NCBI GenBank assembly: GCA_900762355.1
Contig: CAAFGE010000018.1
Span: 20,030-84,029, forward strand
Source: an uncultured Collinsella sp.
Lineage (GTDB): Bacteria; Actinomycetota; Coriobacteriia; Coriobacteriales; Coriobacteriaceae
DNA: 64,000 nt
Direction: 5' to 3'
A program made the position numbers and the translations under genes. The notes under the pieces are model-generated. The model did not search any database, was not told the origin of the DNA, and saw only the letters and a program-made list of their open reading frames with translations. Shown here in pieces: positions 21,283-31,813 of the stretch. How positions within the stretch are numbered: position 1 is the first letter of the stretch; each line of letters starts with the position of its first letter.

Positions 21283-22011
21283 TTACTCGGCCTTGGGCTC
21301 AGCGGCCATCTCGGCCTCGGAGACCTGCTCCTTGCCGGAGCCAGCGAGGCAGGCGTCAGCCATGAGCTCGCACATAAGGGTGACAGCAGAGATAGCGTCA
21401 TCGTTGCAGGGGATGCCGTACTCGACCTCGTCGGGATCGGAGTTGGTGTCGATCAGAGCGACGACGGGGATGTTCAGGCGCTGAGCCTCCTTGATGGCGT
21501 TCTCCTCGCGCTTGGTGTCGATGACGAAGAGAGCCTGGGGCAGACCCTTCATGTCGCGGGCGCCACCGAGGTTGGTCTGAAGCTTGGTGAGCTCCTTGCC
21601 GAGAACAGCCTGCTCCTTCTTGGGGAGCACTGCCATGCGGCCGTCCTCGACCATGGCCTCAAGCTCCTCCATGCGGTTGATGCGGGAGCGGATGGTGACG
21701 AAGTTGGTCAGCATGCCGCCGAGCCAACGCTGGTTGATGTAAGGCATGTTGGCGCGCTCAGCGGCGTTCTTGACGGCCTCCTGAGCCTGCTTCTTGGTGC
21801 CGACGAACAGCACATTGCCACCCTTGGCGACGTTCTTGACGAAAGTGTAGGCCTGGTCGGCATCGAGGATGGTCTGCTTGAGGTCGAGGATGTAGATGCC
21901 GTTGCGCTCACCGAAGATGAACGGCTTCATCTTGGGGTTCCAGCGACGGGTCTGGTGACCGAAGTGGCAGCCGGCCTCGAGCAGGGTGCGGATATTAATC
22001 TTGGTAGCCAT
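21283..22011 (-). CDS. rpsB: 30S ribosomal protein S2
   Basis: 242 aa; [28 protein letters not shown]. Confidence 0.95.
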   Translation of the reverse strand: MATKINIRTLLEAGCHFGHQTRRWNPKMKPFIFGERNGIYILDLKQTILDADQAYTFVKNVAKGGNVLFVGTKKQAQEAVKNAAERANMPYINQRWLGGMLTNFVTIRSRINRMEELEAMVEDGRMAVLPKKEQAVLGKELTKLQTNLGGARDMKGLPQALFVIDTKREENAIKEAQRLNIPVVALIDTNSDPDEVEYGIPCNDDAISAVTLMCELMADACLAGSGKEQVSEAEMAAEPKAE

Positions 22012-22230
22012 GTTAAACCTCCTGTGGTTTGCCTCCGCGCGGGGTCATCCTCCAAAACCAACCCGGACATGTGCTACCAAAGCCCGGGCACCACGGTATG
22101 AAGTAGCCGCGCGTGCGTGATAAAAACCTGTTGCCGTGAAGCAACCCGATGAATGATAGCAGGAATGCATCTTCCTGCCAACCCGCAATCAAAACCACAC
22201 ACCTGAGCGCGGCGCGGGACGTCCCAGCCA

Positions 22231-23073
22231 CTATTCGCCGCGGGGATGGGCTTGAGCCACAGCCCGCTTAAGCCGATCGGGTGTGAGATGCGTGTAGATC
22301 TGCGTCGTGGACAGGCTCGCATGACCTAGCAGCTCTTGAACCGAGCGCAGGTCCGCGCCGCCCTCGAGCAAGTCGGTCGCAAAGGTATGACGCATCGCAT
22401 GCGGGGCGATGTCGGCCGGAATGCCGGCGAGCGTCGCCAGCATATGAAACCGCCGCCTGAGCATGGCGGCACTCATGCGATTACCGCGCACCGATATAAG
22501 CAGCGGATGCGGCCCGGTAGCGGGGTCACGACGCTTTGTCTGAGCGAGCAACTCCGGCCTCCCCTCCTCAATATAGAGACGCGTCGCCTCGAGCGCACGA
22601 CGATACAGAGGGACGATACGTTCTTTGCTCCCCTTGCCCCACAGGCGCAGCGTGCGTTCGGACCACGCAATGGACTCCACATTGAGTGCTGCGAGCTCAG
22701 AGATACGGGCGCCCGAGGCATAGAGCAGCTCGAGCATCGCCGCATCGCGCAGTCCCGCGGGTGTTGAGGTATCAGGCGTCTTGAGCAGCGCCTCCACCTG
22801 TTGGGTCGTCAGCACACCGGGTAGATCGCGCGGGAGCTTGGGCGAGGAAATTGCCGAGACCACATCGCCCTCCACGACCCCCTCGGCAGCCATCCATCGA
22901 TAGAGCGATCGGATAGCCGACAGATGCGCCGCAAGCGTTCGGGGAGCCACCTGCTCACGCGAAAGCTCGGCAAGATAGCGGCGAATGGTGCGCACGTCGG
23001 CAGCGAAAGCATCGATATCCTCGCGCTCGCACCAGGCAGCAAAGCGCTCCAGCCTCGAGCCATAGGCCGTCAC
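22231..23073 (-). CDS. xerC: site-specific tyrosine recombinase XerC/XerD family
   Basis: Catalytic R..HxxR..Y residues (ARISEL, HAMRHTFAT, LGHASLSTTQIYTHL). The annotated start is a GTG. The conserved N-terminal helix is encoded upstream without a canonical start codon. Confidence 0.85.
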   Translation of the reverse strand: MTAYGSRLERFAAWCEREDIDAFAADVRTIRRYLAELSREQVAPRTLAAHLSAIRSLYRWMAAEGVVEGDVVSAISSPKLPRDLPGVLTTQQVEALLKTPDTSTPAGLRDAAMLELLYASGARISELAALNVESIAWSERTLRLWGKGSKERIVPLYRRALEATRLYIEEGRPELLAQTKRRDPATGPHPLLISVRGNRMSAAMLRRRFHMLATLAGIPADIAPHAMRHTFATDLLEGGADLRSVQELLGHASLSTTQIYTHLTPDRLKRAVAQAHPRGE

Positions 23074-23147
23074 CGTGTTGGGAGAAAGTCCCTCGACACG
23101 TGAGATATAGGCGATAAACGAGTCGACGGTGTCGTACAGGTCAAAGG

Positions 23148-24491
23148 CTATGACCGGTCGCCTCCAAACAGATCAGGACGAGTGGCCAGATAGGCATCAA
23201 GGGCCTCGAGCGCACGGTCCGTATAGGCCTGGTAGCGGTCGCGCTTGCTGTGGCGCTTACCATCCTCGAGTGGCGGCACCAGGCCAAAGTTGACATGCAT
23301 GGGCTGATAGCCCACGGTGGCAGGATCGGTCGCATAGCCCACGAGCGCACCCAGGGCACCCACACGCGGCAACTCGACGCCCGCGGCACCGATAGCATCG
23401 GCATAGGTGTTGAGCGCCGCGAGCAGACCTGTCGCCACGGCTTCCATGTACCCCTCGGTGCCGGTGATCTGACCGGCCAGGCGCACACCGGTACCGGGCA
23501 CGGCGAAGGTGCCATCGAGCACGTGCGGGGCGTCGACAAAGGTATTGCGGTGCATGACACCGTAGCGGAAGAACTCAGCGTTCTCCAGGCCCGGCACCAT
23601 ATGGAAGACGCGCTTCTGCTCGCCAAAGGTCAGGTTGGTCTGGAAGCCCACCAGGTTATAGGCGGTCTTCTCCTTGTTCTCGGCGCGCAGCTGGATCGCC
23701 GCCCAGGGGCGACGTCCGGTACGCGGGTCGGTGAGGCCGACGGGCTTCATGGCGCCAAAGCGAATGGCGTCCTTGCCGGTGCGCGCAACTTCCTCGGCAG
23801 GTTGGCAGGCCTGGAACAGATCGCCGCCCTCAAAGTCTTTGAGCACCACGCGGTCGGCCGTGGTAAGTGCCTCGATAAAGGCCTCGTACTCCTCCTTGTT
23901 GAGCGGAGCGTTGAGATAGTCGCCGCTCCCCTGCTCCTCGTAGCGCGACTGCGAAAACAGCACGTCCATATCGAGCGTGGAGGCATCGACGATCGGCGCC
24001 GCGGCATCGAAGAACGCAAGGGCGTCGCCACCGACGAGCTTCATGACCTCTTCGCTCAGCGCCGGTGAACACAGCGGGCCCGCGGCAATGACCACGTGGC
24101 CCTCGGGAATCTGCGTGACCTCGCCGTGCGCGACCTCGATATTGGGACGGGCGGCAACCTCGGCCTCGACAAGCTCGGAAAACTTGACGCGGTCGACCGC
24201 CAGGGCACCGCCGGCGGGAACAGCCGCGCGATGGGCGCAATCGAGCAGGACTGAACCCATGCGCTTAAGCTCGGCCTTCAGCAAACCAGCCGCGGAATCC
24301 GGACGGGTCGACTTAAACGAATTGGAGCAGACGAGCTCTGCCAAGTGATCGGTATGGTGAGCCGGGGAGCTAACCTGGGGGCGCATCTCGCACAGCTTTA
24401 CGGCAAAACCGCGGTCTGCCAGCTGGATCGCGCATTCCGAACCCGCCAGACCGCCACCGATAACCGTCACCTGATCGAACTGCATCTGCAA
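23148..24491 (-). CDS. trmFO: methylenetetrahydrofolate--tRNA-(uracil54-C5)-methyltransferase
   Basis: 447 aa; VTVIGGGLAGSECA FAD-binding N-terminus; full-length TrmFO/Gid similarity. Confidence 0.9.
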   Translation of the reverse strand: MQMQFDQVTVIGGGLAGSECAIQLADRGFAVKLCEMRPQVSSPAHHTDHLAELVCSNSFKSTRPDSAAGLLKAELKRMGSVLLDCAHRAAVPAGGALAVDRVKFSELVEAEVAARPNIEVAHGEVTQIPEGHVVIAAGPLCSPALSEEVMKLVGGDALAFFDAAAPIVDASTLDMDVLFSQSRYEEQGSGDYLNAPLNKEEYEAFIEALTTADRVVLKDFEGGDLFQACQPAEEVARTGKDAIRFGAMKPVGLTDPRTGRRPWAAIQLRAENKEKTAYNLVGFQTNLTFGEQKRVFHMVPGLENAEFFRYGVMHRNTFVDAPHVLDGTFAVPGTGVRLAGQITGTEGYMEAVATGLLAALNTYADAIGAAGVELPRVGALGALVGYATDPATVGYQPMHVNFGLVPPLEDGKRHSKRDRYQAYTDRALEALDAYLATRPDLFGGDRS

Positions 24492-24499
24492 ACACCTTT

Positions 24500-25435
24500 C
24501 TAATTGACACGTTTTCCATTGTGACCGAAGGGCGTCTGGGCGTGAAGGGCAAACTTGGAGGGCGCATACCTTCCATCCATCATGCGCTCGATAAGGCCCT
24601 CGAGTTCAAGCGAACCCAAGAGTTTGAGTACGCCGACAGCATCGAGCGCGACGAGCGCCGCGATGTCGTCGACCTTGAGCGGAGAGGCGATGAGCGCATG
24701 CATCACGGTCTGCTGTGTTGGATCCAGGTCGGCAATGCCGGGAGCATCGGGGCGCGAGTAGCGCAGGGTGCCGTAGATGCGTGAGATAGCCATCTCGATA
24801 GATTCCTCGTCGATGATGCAGCAAGCACCGTTCGCAATGAGGTAATTCGTGCCACGCGACTCGGGCGATAGGATCGACCCCGGCACGACAAGAAGTTCGC
24901 GCCCCAAATCCATAGCAGCCTCGGCTGTAGAAAACGTCCCGGAAGGCATACCCGCCTCGGAAACAAAGAGGGCTTGCGACAGGGCCGCGATCACGCGATT
25001 GCGGCGCGGAAAGGCAAACTTGCGCGGACCCATGCCCCACGGAGAGATCGACACGACCGCGCCACCCGTATCGAGCGTGCGCATAATAAGCCCCGCGCTC
25101 GAACGCGGGTAGACCACGTCGGCGCCCGTCCCCAGCACCACGACGTGTTTGCCGCCGGCGTTGACCGCAGCCCAACCCGAGGCCTGGTCACAACCGACCG
25201 CGCCGCCCGAAACTACCGTCACTCCCGCCTCGACCGCCACCTTTGCCGCAAGCTCTGCCACGGCAAGACCATACGGCGAGGCCTTGCGCGCGCCGATGAT
25301 GGAGAGCGCGGGCGTCGAAAGCACCTCGGGGTTGCCGCGCACATAGAGCGTCTGGGGTACATCAGAAAGCTCCAAAACGGTCTCGGGATACAACGCATCA
25401 CCTGGATGCAGCTCGTAGGTCCCCTCGGCCATCAT
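24500..25435 (-). CDS. dprA: DNA-processing protein DprA (Smf)
   Basis: Rossmann-like DprA domain (IIGARKASPYG...VVSGGAVGCD...) plus C-terminal winged helix. ATG at 25435 overlaps the comM stop (ATGA). The ORF-track N-terminal extension is the reverse complement of comM coding and is rejected. Confidence 0.85.
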   Translation of the reverse strand: MMAEGTYELHPGDALYPETVLELSDVPQTLYVRGNPEVLSTPALSIIGARKASPYGLAVAELAAKVAVEAGVTVVSGGAVGCDQASGWAAVNAGGKHVVVLGTGADVVYPRSSAGLIMRTLDTGGAVVSISPWGMGPRKFAFPRRNRVIAALSQALFVSEAGMPSGTFSTAEAAMDLGRELLVVPGSILSPESRGTNYLIANGACCIIDEESIEMAISRIYGTLRYSRPDAPGIADLDPTQQTVMHALIASPLKVDDIAALVALDAVGVLKLLGSLELEGLIERMMDGRYAPSKFALHAQTPFGHNGKRVN

Positions 25436-26955
25436 TGGTCCCTCCTTCCCTGGTACATCGCTGCCTCGAGCACGTGGTCCTGCGTCACTTGCTCGCTCTC
25501 GGCGACGTCGGCGATTGTACGCGCGATACGCACCAGTCGCACAATGCCGCGACCCGTGAGATGTGTGCGCTTCGACAGGCCGAGCACACACTTCTCCGCC
25601 GCATCATCGAGCTCAAAGGTCGAAACGACGCCGTCAATGGACCGTGTCTCGTCATCCTCGGCCTCGGCATCCGCATCGTCCATACGGGATTCGCGCCAAG
25701 CGCGAAAAGCGCGACCGCGCACAACGTAGTCACGTAACTCGGCAGACGACATACCCTCCGCACCCTCGATAATCACTTGGGGGTCGGGACGGGTCACATC
25801 GATCATCATGTCGATACGGTCGGCCAAAGGACCGCGCAGTTTAGACCGATAGCGCTCGACCATCGCCGCCGAGCAGCGACACGGCACCTCGCGATCACCC
25901 AAGAAGCCGCAGGGGCAAGGGTTACTCGCAGCCAGCAGCTGAAAGCGCGACGGGAAGGTAAAGGCCCCGTCGACGCGTACGATCCTGACGTAGCCGCGTT
26001 CGATGGGCTGACGCAGCGTCTGCAGCACACCCGTGGGAAACTCAGCAAGCTCGTCCAAAAAGAGCACGCCGCCATGAGCCAGGCTGATCTCACCCGGATG
26101 CACCGGGCGCCCTCCGCCAATGAGGCCAGCCGTTGATATGCTGTGATGGGGACTTCGAAACGGCCGATGACCTGCCAATAAGCCATCGATGTTCTCACCC
26201 AAAACCGAATGGATGCACAGCGCTTCCTGCTGGTCCTCAACGGAAAGCTCGGGCAGAATGCCGGTCATACGGCGCGCGAGCATGGTCTTACCCGAACCGG
26301 GCGAGCCGATCATGAGCAGGCCGAGCTCGCCGGCGGCCGCAAGCGCCATGCCGCGTTTAGCGACTTCCTGCCCCAGCACATCGGCATAGTCGAGTTCGGG
26401 CTCAAAGGTCGTCTCAACACCCTCGGAATCCAGATAATGACGCACGGCATCGCCCATGCCGCGAGCAAGCTGAGACAGATGATCGATAAAGCCGCAATCA
26501 ACGCCCGCAAGCGGCACATGCTGATCGGACCTGCCGGCGATAAAGGACAGCCCCATGTCGCGAGCCAGCAGCTGAAACGCCACCTCGCCCTTGACGGGAA
26601 GCACCGTACCGTCCAAGCCGAGCTCGCCGGCGATAAGGCAGCGATCGAGGTTGTCACGGGGAATCTGCCCATCGGCCGCCAACACCGCGATGGCGATGGG
26701 CAGATCAAAGCCGCTACCGGTCTTGCGAATATCGCCGGGCGCCAGATTGACCGTAATGCCCGAGCGCGGGATCTCGAACCCGGCGGAGCGCATCGCACAG
26801 CGAATACGACCGCGTGACTCCATCACCTCCATACTCGGAATGCCGAGCATCTGAATACCCGGAACGCCGCCGGCAAGCGAGACCTCGACCGTGACGGGAA
26901 TTGCCTCGACGCCGCGGATGCAGGCCGCGTGAACGGCAAACGTCTCGAACGCCAT
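25432..26955 (-). CDS. comM: YifB/ComM family Mg-chelatase-like AAA+ ATPase
   Basis: Walker A GSPGSGKTMLARR, Lon-protease-like N-terminal domain, and C-terminal Mg-chelatase domain. ATG at 26955 overlaps the yraN stop (TGATG). Confidence 0.9.
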   Translation of the reverse strand: MAFETFAVHAACIRGVEAIPVTVEVSLAGGVPGIQMLGIPSMEVMESRGRIRCAMRSAGFEIPRSGITVNLAPGDIRKTGSGFDLPIAIAVLAADGQIPRDNLDRCLIAGELGLDGTVLPVKGEVAFQLLARDMGLSFIAGRSDQHVPLAGVDCGFIDHLSQLARGMGDAVRHYLDSEGVETTFEPELDYADVLGQEVAKRGMALAAAGELGLLMIGSPGSGKTMLARRMTGILPELSVEDQQEALCIHSVLGENIDGLLAGHRPFRSPHHSISTAGLIGGGRPVHPGEISLAHGGVLFLDELAEFPTGVLQTLRQPIERGYVRIVRVDGAFTFPSRFQLLAASNPCPCGFLGDREVPCRCSAAMVERYRSKLRGPLADRIDMMIDVTRPDPQVIIEGAEGMSSAELRDYVVRGRAFRAWRESRMDDADAEAEDDETRSIDGVVSTFELDDAAEKCVLGLSKRTHLTGRGIVRLVRIARTIADVAESEQVTQDHVLEAAMYQGRRDQ

Positions 26956-27440
26956 CACGACACCTGCCAATCGAATGCGTTGTACTGATGCTCGATCTCG
27001 GCGATATGCCCGCCGCGAATGGTGACACCCACGGCATCGAAGCGAATCGCCTTGAGCGGATAATGCTCCATGAGATAGCAACTTGCGATGCGGCGGTAGC
27101 GGCGTTGTTTTTGGGCGTCCACGGCCTCCTCGGGAAAGACCCGCGTGTTGCAATCCAGTGCGACGCGTCTGGTCTTGACCTCGGCCATCACCACGACATC
27201 GTCGAGCTCATCGAGCAGCACCAGATCGGCCTCGCCCTCGGTGCAACGATAACCCTGCTCCAGCAAGGTGTAGCCGCGCTCGTTAAAGTAGTCGATGGTG
27301 ATCAGCTCGCCCAGCATGCCCAGCTCGCGGGGACTGAGTCCCTTGATAAACTCGGGCGTCATCGCCCCGCAGTCGAGCTCGCCGTTTTCCCAACGCTCCT
27401 TGAGCTGCTGCGTCTTGCTCTTTTTGCTTGCGGCACTCAT
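26955..27440 (-). CDS. yraN: YraN family (UPF0102) putative endonuclease
   Basis: GEADLVLLDELDDVVVMAEVKTR matches the YraN core; the basic, Lys-rich N-terminus is unusual. Confidence 0.8.
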   Translation of the reverse strand: MSAASKKSKTQQLKERWENGELDCGAMTPEFIKGLSPRELGMLGELITIDYFNERGYTLLEQGYRCTEGEADLVLLDELDDVVVMAEVKTRRVALDCNTRVFPEEAVDAQKQRRYRRIASCYLMEHYPLKAIRFDAVGVTIRGGHIAEIEHQYNAFDWQVS

Positions 27441-27629
27441 GGGGTCTCCTTTCCCGCACGCTGCATTGCCCCGATGATGAGGGCACCTTTCATGCGGGTA
27501 AGTACCGGAAGTAAACCAAAAGCTGACCAAATGCCGTCAAAAAACGGGCCGTACGCAGCAATGGTGTTGCATACGGCCCGCTACCAGCAGGTTTATAAAA
27601 CCCCAGAGGTCCCTGTCTCCACAATTGAC

Positions 27630-28418
27630 CTAGAAAAGGCGCTCAGTCTGCAGAAAGTTTCCGCAAAAGCTCACGCGGTGCAGTGGACAAAGTCCATGTT
27701 TGCGAATGGCCTCGATATGCTCGGGGCTTGCATAGCCCTTCGACTCGGCCAGATGGTACTCGGGATACTCGGCGTCGTACTCGACCATCATCTCGTCACG
27801 CGTGACCTTGGCCATGATGGACGCCGCGGCGATACAGGCGATCTTGGCATCGCCCTTCACCACGTCGCGCTCGTTGGGAACGGCGCCCAAGGGGTTGCCA
27901 TCCATGAGGACGCAGTCGGGTTCAAGTCCCGTATCGGCCACGGCGCCCGCAACGGCGGTACGGATAGCACGGGCCATGCCCATTTCATCGATATCCTTCG
28001 GCGCGATATGGCAAAAACCGATTGCCGTCGCCACCTCGGCAATCTTCACCGAGAGCAACTCGCGGCGCGCGGGCGTGAGCTTTTTGGAATCGTTGATACC
28101 CCAGACGCGCGGCTCCATAGGAAGACAGACGGCGCATACCGTCAAAGGGCCGGCCACCGATCCGCGACCTACCTCGTCGACACCAACGACCACCCCATCG
28201 CCGCCAAGCTCATGCATAAGCTCGTACATGTCATTGACGCGCTCGCGCTCGGCAAGCTCTTTGTCATGGCGTTTGAGGGCGCGTTCACAAGCCTTGATCA
28301 CCTGCTGGCGCGGGTCCTCGCGATAATGCTCCACGAGGGCGGGAATCTCCTCAAACGTAGCGCTCGCCAACTCACCGGCAACCTGCGATGCCGAAACCGA
28401 GCTCGTCATGTTGGCCAT
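27630..28418 (-). CDS. rnhB: ribonuclease HII
   Basis: GVDEVGRGSVAGPL catalytic motif preceded by an ~80-aa N-terminal domain, as in B. subtilis RnhB. ATG at 28418 has AAGGAGG 7 nt upstream. Confidence 0.85.
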   Translation of the reverse strand: MANMTSSVSASQVAGELASATFEEIPALVEHYREDPRQQVIKACERALKRHDKELAERERVNDMYELMHELGGDGVVVGVDEVGRGSVAGPLTVCAVCLPMEPRVWGINDSKKLTPARRELLSVKIAEVATAIGFCHIAPKDIDEMGMARAIRTAVAGAVADTGLEPDCVLMDGNPLGAVPNERDVVKGDAKIACIAAASIMAKVTRDEMMVEYDAEYPEYHLAESKGYASPEHIEAIRKHGLCPLHRVSFCGNFLQTERLF

Positions 28419-28442
28419 ACCAGGCCCTCCTTGCATGCAAAT

Positions 28443-28477
28443 CAGATAAAAAGAAGGGCCACCCGAAGGTGACCCTT
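28443..28477 (-). terminator. rplS terminator
   Basis: On the minus strand: AAGGGUCACC-uucg-GGUGGCCCUU followed by CUUUUUAUCU. Confidence 0.55.
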
Positions 28478-28511
28478 GTGTCCAAACGAGTGGACAGACG
28501 CTGCGATCTTC

Positions 28512-28853
28512 TTAGCGCTTCTCGGGGATGCGAGCAGCCTTGCCCACCTTGTCGCGGAGGTAGTACAGCTTGGCGCGACGGACGCGACCATGACGGACGA
28601 CCTCGAGCTTGGCGATCTTGGGGCTGTGAAGCGGGAAGGTACGCTCAACACCGACACCGAAGGACATCTTGCGGACGGTGAAGGTCTCGCGGGCACCGGC
28701 GCCGGCCATGCGGATGACGTCGCCCTGGAAGACCTGAATGCGTTCGCGGTCGCCTTCCTTAATGCGGTAGTGAACCTTGACGTTGTCGGCGACGCGAACC
28801 TGAGGAATGTCCTCGCGGATCTGCTGACGCTCGATTGCGCGGATGTAATCCAT
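28512..28853 (-). CDS. rplS: 50S ribosomal protein L19
   Basis: Full-length L19 similarity; ATG at 28853 preceded by AAGGAA. Confidence 0.9.
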   Translation of the reverse strand: MDYIRAIERQQIREDIPQVRVADNVKVHYRIKEGDRERIQVFQGDVIRMAGAGARETFTVRKMSFGVGVERTFPLHSPKIAKLEVVRHGRVRRAKLYYLRDKVGKAARIPEKR

Positions 28854-28996
28854 GTGCAATTCCTTACTCTTCTAGAGGTGCCGTACCACCTTGGCCGGCA
28901 CGTAGTTGAACAAACGTATTCGAGTATACACGCGCGGGTTTCTGCTGCAAGAACATTTTTTCACGCAGACAAAAAGACAAAACCCGCACATGATAA

Positions 28997-29024
28997 CCGC
29001 CCGTCTCACGAATGAGACGGGCGG
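28997..29024 (-). terminator. ppdK terminator hairpin (perfect 12-bp stem CCGCCCGTCTCA-cgaa-TGAGACGGGCGG)
   Basis: Palindrome 40 nt downstream of the ppdK stop; U-tract weak, and a second long-range hairpin plus U-run lies further downstream. Confidence 0.45.
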
Positions 29025-29062
29025 CATGAAGGGGGCTACGCTAGGCGTCTAAACCCAAAACG

Positions 29063-31813
29063 TTAGGCGGAACGCTTGGCCTCGAGCTTGGCCTGAGCGG
29101 CAGCCAGGCGCGCGAGGGGCACGCGATAGGGCGAGCAGGACACGTAGTCCACGTCGGCCACGTTAAACAGGCCCTTGATGGACTTGGGGTCGCCGCCGTG
29201 CTCGCCGCACACGCCAAAGTGCATGTCGGGATTGGTGGCGCGGCCCTTCTCGACGGCCAAGCGCACGAGCTCCAGCACCGCCGCGTCGATGGTCTCGAAG
29301 GGGTTGTCTTTCAGGATCTTTTTATGCATGTACAGCGGGATGAACTTGGCCTCGGCGTCATCGCGCGAGAAGCCAAAGGTCGTCTGGGTGAGGTCGTTGG
29401 TGCCAAAGCAGAAGAAGTCGGCATGATGGGCGATCTCGTCAGCGACCATGCAGGCACGCGGCAGCTCGAGCATCGTGCCCACGGGAATATTGAGCTCGAC
29501 GCCTTCCTCGGCGGAAACCTCGGCGATCACGCGCTCGATAACCTCGCGGGTCTGGACATGCTCGGCCGTGATGGAAACGAGCGGAACCATGATCTCGGGG
29601 CGCGGGTCGACACCCTCCTTGACAAGGCGGGCAGCGGCCGTGGCGACGGCGCGAACCTGCATGAGCGGCAGATCGCCAAAGACGACGGACAGGCGCACGC
29701 CGCGCAAGCCCAGCATGGGGTTGGACTCGACCATGCCGTCAATGCGACGCAGGCGGGCGCGCAGGGCAGTGAGCTCCTCCTCGGGAGCGCCGGCGGCCTC
29801 CTTCTTGGTGATGGCGACCTCGAGCTCTCGAGGATTATCCAAGAACTCATGAAGCGGCGGATCGAGCAGGCGGACGACCACATCGCGACCGGACATGGTC
29901 TTGAACATCGCCAGGAAGTCCTCGGTCTGAACCTTGAGCAGGTCGGCCAGGGCCTGCTGCTTCACGGCCTCATCGTCAGACAGGATAAAGCTCTGGATGA
30001 TGTTCTTGCGATCGCCCAGGAACATGTGCTCGGTGCGGCACAGACCGATGGCCTCGGCGCCAAACTCGAGCGCGAGCTCGGCATCCTCGGGGTTGTCGGC
30101 ATTAACGCGCACGTGGTTGGCGTGGCCACCGGTCTCGTCCAAACGGATCTCATCGGCCCAAGACAGGATGGTGTCCAGGTCGCCGGTGAGCTCTGCAGAG
30201 ACCAGGTCGACCGCGCCGTCGACGACGATACCCTGGGTGCCGTCGATGGAGATGACATCGCCCTCGCGCAGCACGCGGTCGCTGCCCTCGATGCGCACGA
30301 CCTTCTCTGCCGCGTCAATGTGGAAGCGCTCAACGCCGCAAACGCAGGGCGTACCCATGCCGCGGGCGATAACGGCGGCATGGCTCGTCTTGCCACCGTG
30401 GCTGGTCAGGATGCCCTCGGCGGCGACCATGCCCTTCAGGTCGTCGGGGTTGGTCTCCCAGCGGACCAGAATGACCTTGTGGCCCTCGTTGGCGCGCGCG
30501 ACGGCGTCATCACTCGAGAACACGACCTCGCCCACTGCGGCACCAGGGCTGGCGTTAAGGCCGCTGGCCAGGGCCTCGTACTTCTTGGAGGCGTCGAACT
30601 GCGGGTGCAGGAGCTGGTCGAGCTGCGCGGGATCGATGCGGCTCACAGCCTCCTCGCGGGTGATGAGGCCCTCCTCGACCATCTCGATGGCGATGCGCAG
30701 GGCGGCGGTGGCGGTGCGCTTGCCCACGCGGGTCTGGAGCATCCAGAGCTTGCCCTGCTCGATGGTAAACTCGATATCGCACATATCGCGGTAATGATCC
30801 TCGAGCGTCAGGAACACGCGCTCGAGCTCCTCGCCTGCGGACTCGAGGCCCGAGGTGGTCTTGAGGTCGGCGATGGGCTCGGTGTTTCGGATGCCGGCGA
30901 CGACGTCCTCGCCCTGGGCATTCACCAAAAAGTCGCCATAGAACTCCTTGGTGCCGTCGGCCGGGTTGCGCGTAAAGGCGACGCCGGTCGCAGAGGTCTC
31001 GCCCTTGTTGCCAAAGGCCATGGCCTGGACGTTGACGGCGGTGCCGAGCTCGTCGGAAATGCCGTGCTGCTTGCGGTAGATGCAGGCGCGCTCGTTCATC
31101 CAGCTGCCAAAGACGGCCTGGATGGCAAGGCGCAGCTGGAGCTCCGGATCGTGCGGGAAAACGGGCTTACCGTCGGCGACCTCGAGCTCGGGATACAGGG
31201 TCGCCTCGACGTTCTCGGAGAAGATGCCCTTGAAGGTCTCGACGAGCTCCTGCAGGTCCTCGGCCGAAAGCTCGGAATCGACACGAACGCCGGCGACCAG
31301 GCGGGCCTGGGTCAGGGCGTTCTCGAATAGGTCGGCGTCGACGCCCATGACGACGTTGGAGAACATCTGGATAAAGCGGCGGTAGCTATCCCAGGCAAAG
31401 CGCGGGTTTTGCGTCTGGGCGATAAGGCCCTGAACGGAATCGTCATTGAGGCCCAGGTTGAGGACTGTGTCCATCATGCCGGGCATGGAGAACGGAGCGC
31501 CCGAGCGAACCGATACGAGCAGCGGATCGGAGGCATCGCCGAGCTTTTTGCCGCAGCGGGCCTCGAGGTCGGCCTCGGCGGCAACGATCTCATCGAGTGC
31601 GCCTTCGGGCCAGACGTTGCCGGCACCGGAGTACTCGACACAGGTCTGGCAGGTAATGGTAAAGCCACCGGGAACCGGCAGACCGATGCGGCTCATCTCG
31701 GCAAGGTTTGCGCCTTTGCCGCCAAGCACGAAGTTCATGGATTTGTCGCCCTCAGTGACACAGGTGCCCTGGGCGTCGGTTCCAAAACGGTAAACCCTCT
31801 TGCAATCGCTCAC
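29063..31813 (-). CDS. ppdK: pyruvate, phosphate dikinase
   Basis: 916 aa; N-terminal ATP-grasp (GGKGANLAEM), central phosphohistidine domain (GGKTSHAAVIARG), and C-terminal PEP-utilising TIM barrel. Confidence 0.95.
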   Translation of the reverse strand: MSDCKRVYRFGTDAQGTCVTEGDKSMNFVLGGKGANLAEMSRIGLPVPGGFTITCQTCVEYSGAGNVWPEGALDEIVAAEADLEARCGKKLGDASDPLLVSVRSGAPFSMPGMMDTVLNLGLNDDSVQGLIAQTQNPRFAWDSYRRFIQMFSNVVMGVDADLFENALTQARLVAGVRVDSELSAEDLQELVETFKGIFSENVEATLYPELEVADGKPVFPHDPELQLRLAIQAVFGSWMNERACIYRKQHGISDELGTAVNVQAMAFGNKGETSATGVAFTRNPADGTKEFYGDFLVNAQGEDVVAGIRNTEPIADLKTTSGLESAGEELERVFLTLEDHYRDMCDIEFTIEQGKLWMLQTRVGKRTATAALRIAIEMVEEGLITREEAVSRIDPAQLDQLLHPQFDASKKYEALASGLNASPGAAVGEVVFSSDDAVARANEGHKVILVRWETNPDDLKGMVAAEGILTSHGGKTSHAAVIARGMGTPCVCGVERFHIDAAEKVVRIEGSDRVLREGDVISIDGTQGIVVDGAVDLVSAELTGDLDTILSWADEIRLDETGGHANHVRVNADNPEDAELALEFGAEAIGLCRTEHMFLGDRKNIIQSFILSDDEAVKQQALADLLKVQTEDFLAMFKTMSGRDVVVRLLDPPLHEFLDNPRELEVAITKKEAAGAPEEELTALRARLRRIDGMVESNPMLGLRGVRLSVVFGDLPLMQVRAVATAAARLVKEGVDPRPEIMVPLVSITAEHVQTREVIERVIAEVSAEEGVELNIPVGTMLELPRACMVADEIAHHADFFCFGTNDLTQTTFGFSRDDAEAKFIPLYMHKKILKDNPFETIDAAVLELVRLAVEKGRATNPDMHFGVCGEHGGDPKSIKGLFNVADVDYVSCSPYRVPLARLAAAQAKLEAKRSA

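Noticed and set aside
24500-25591. N-terminal 52-aa extension of the dprA ORF
   Set aside because: The extension is the reverse-frame read of the comM 3' end and has no homology. The internal ATG at 25435 gives the classic ATGA overlap with comM and a normal-length DprA.
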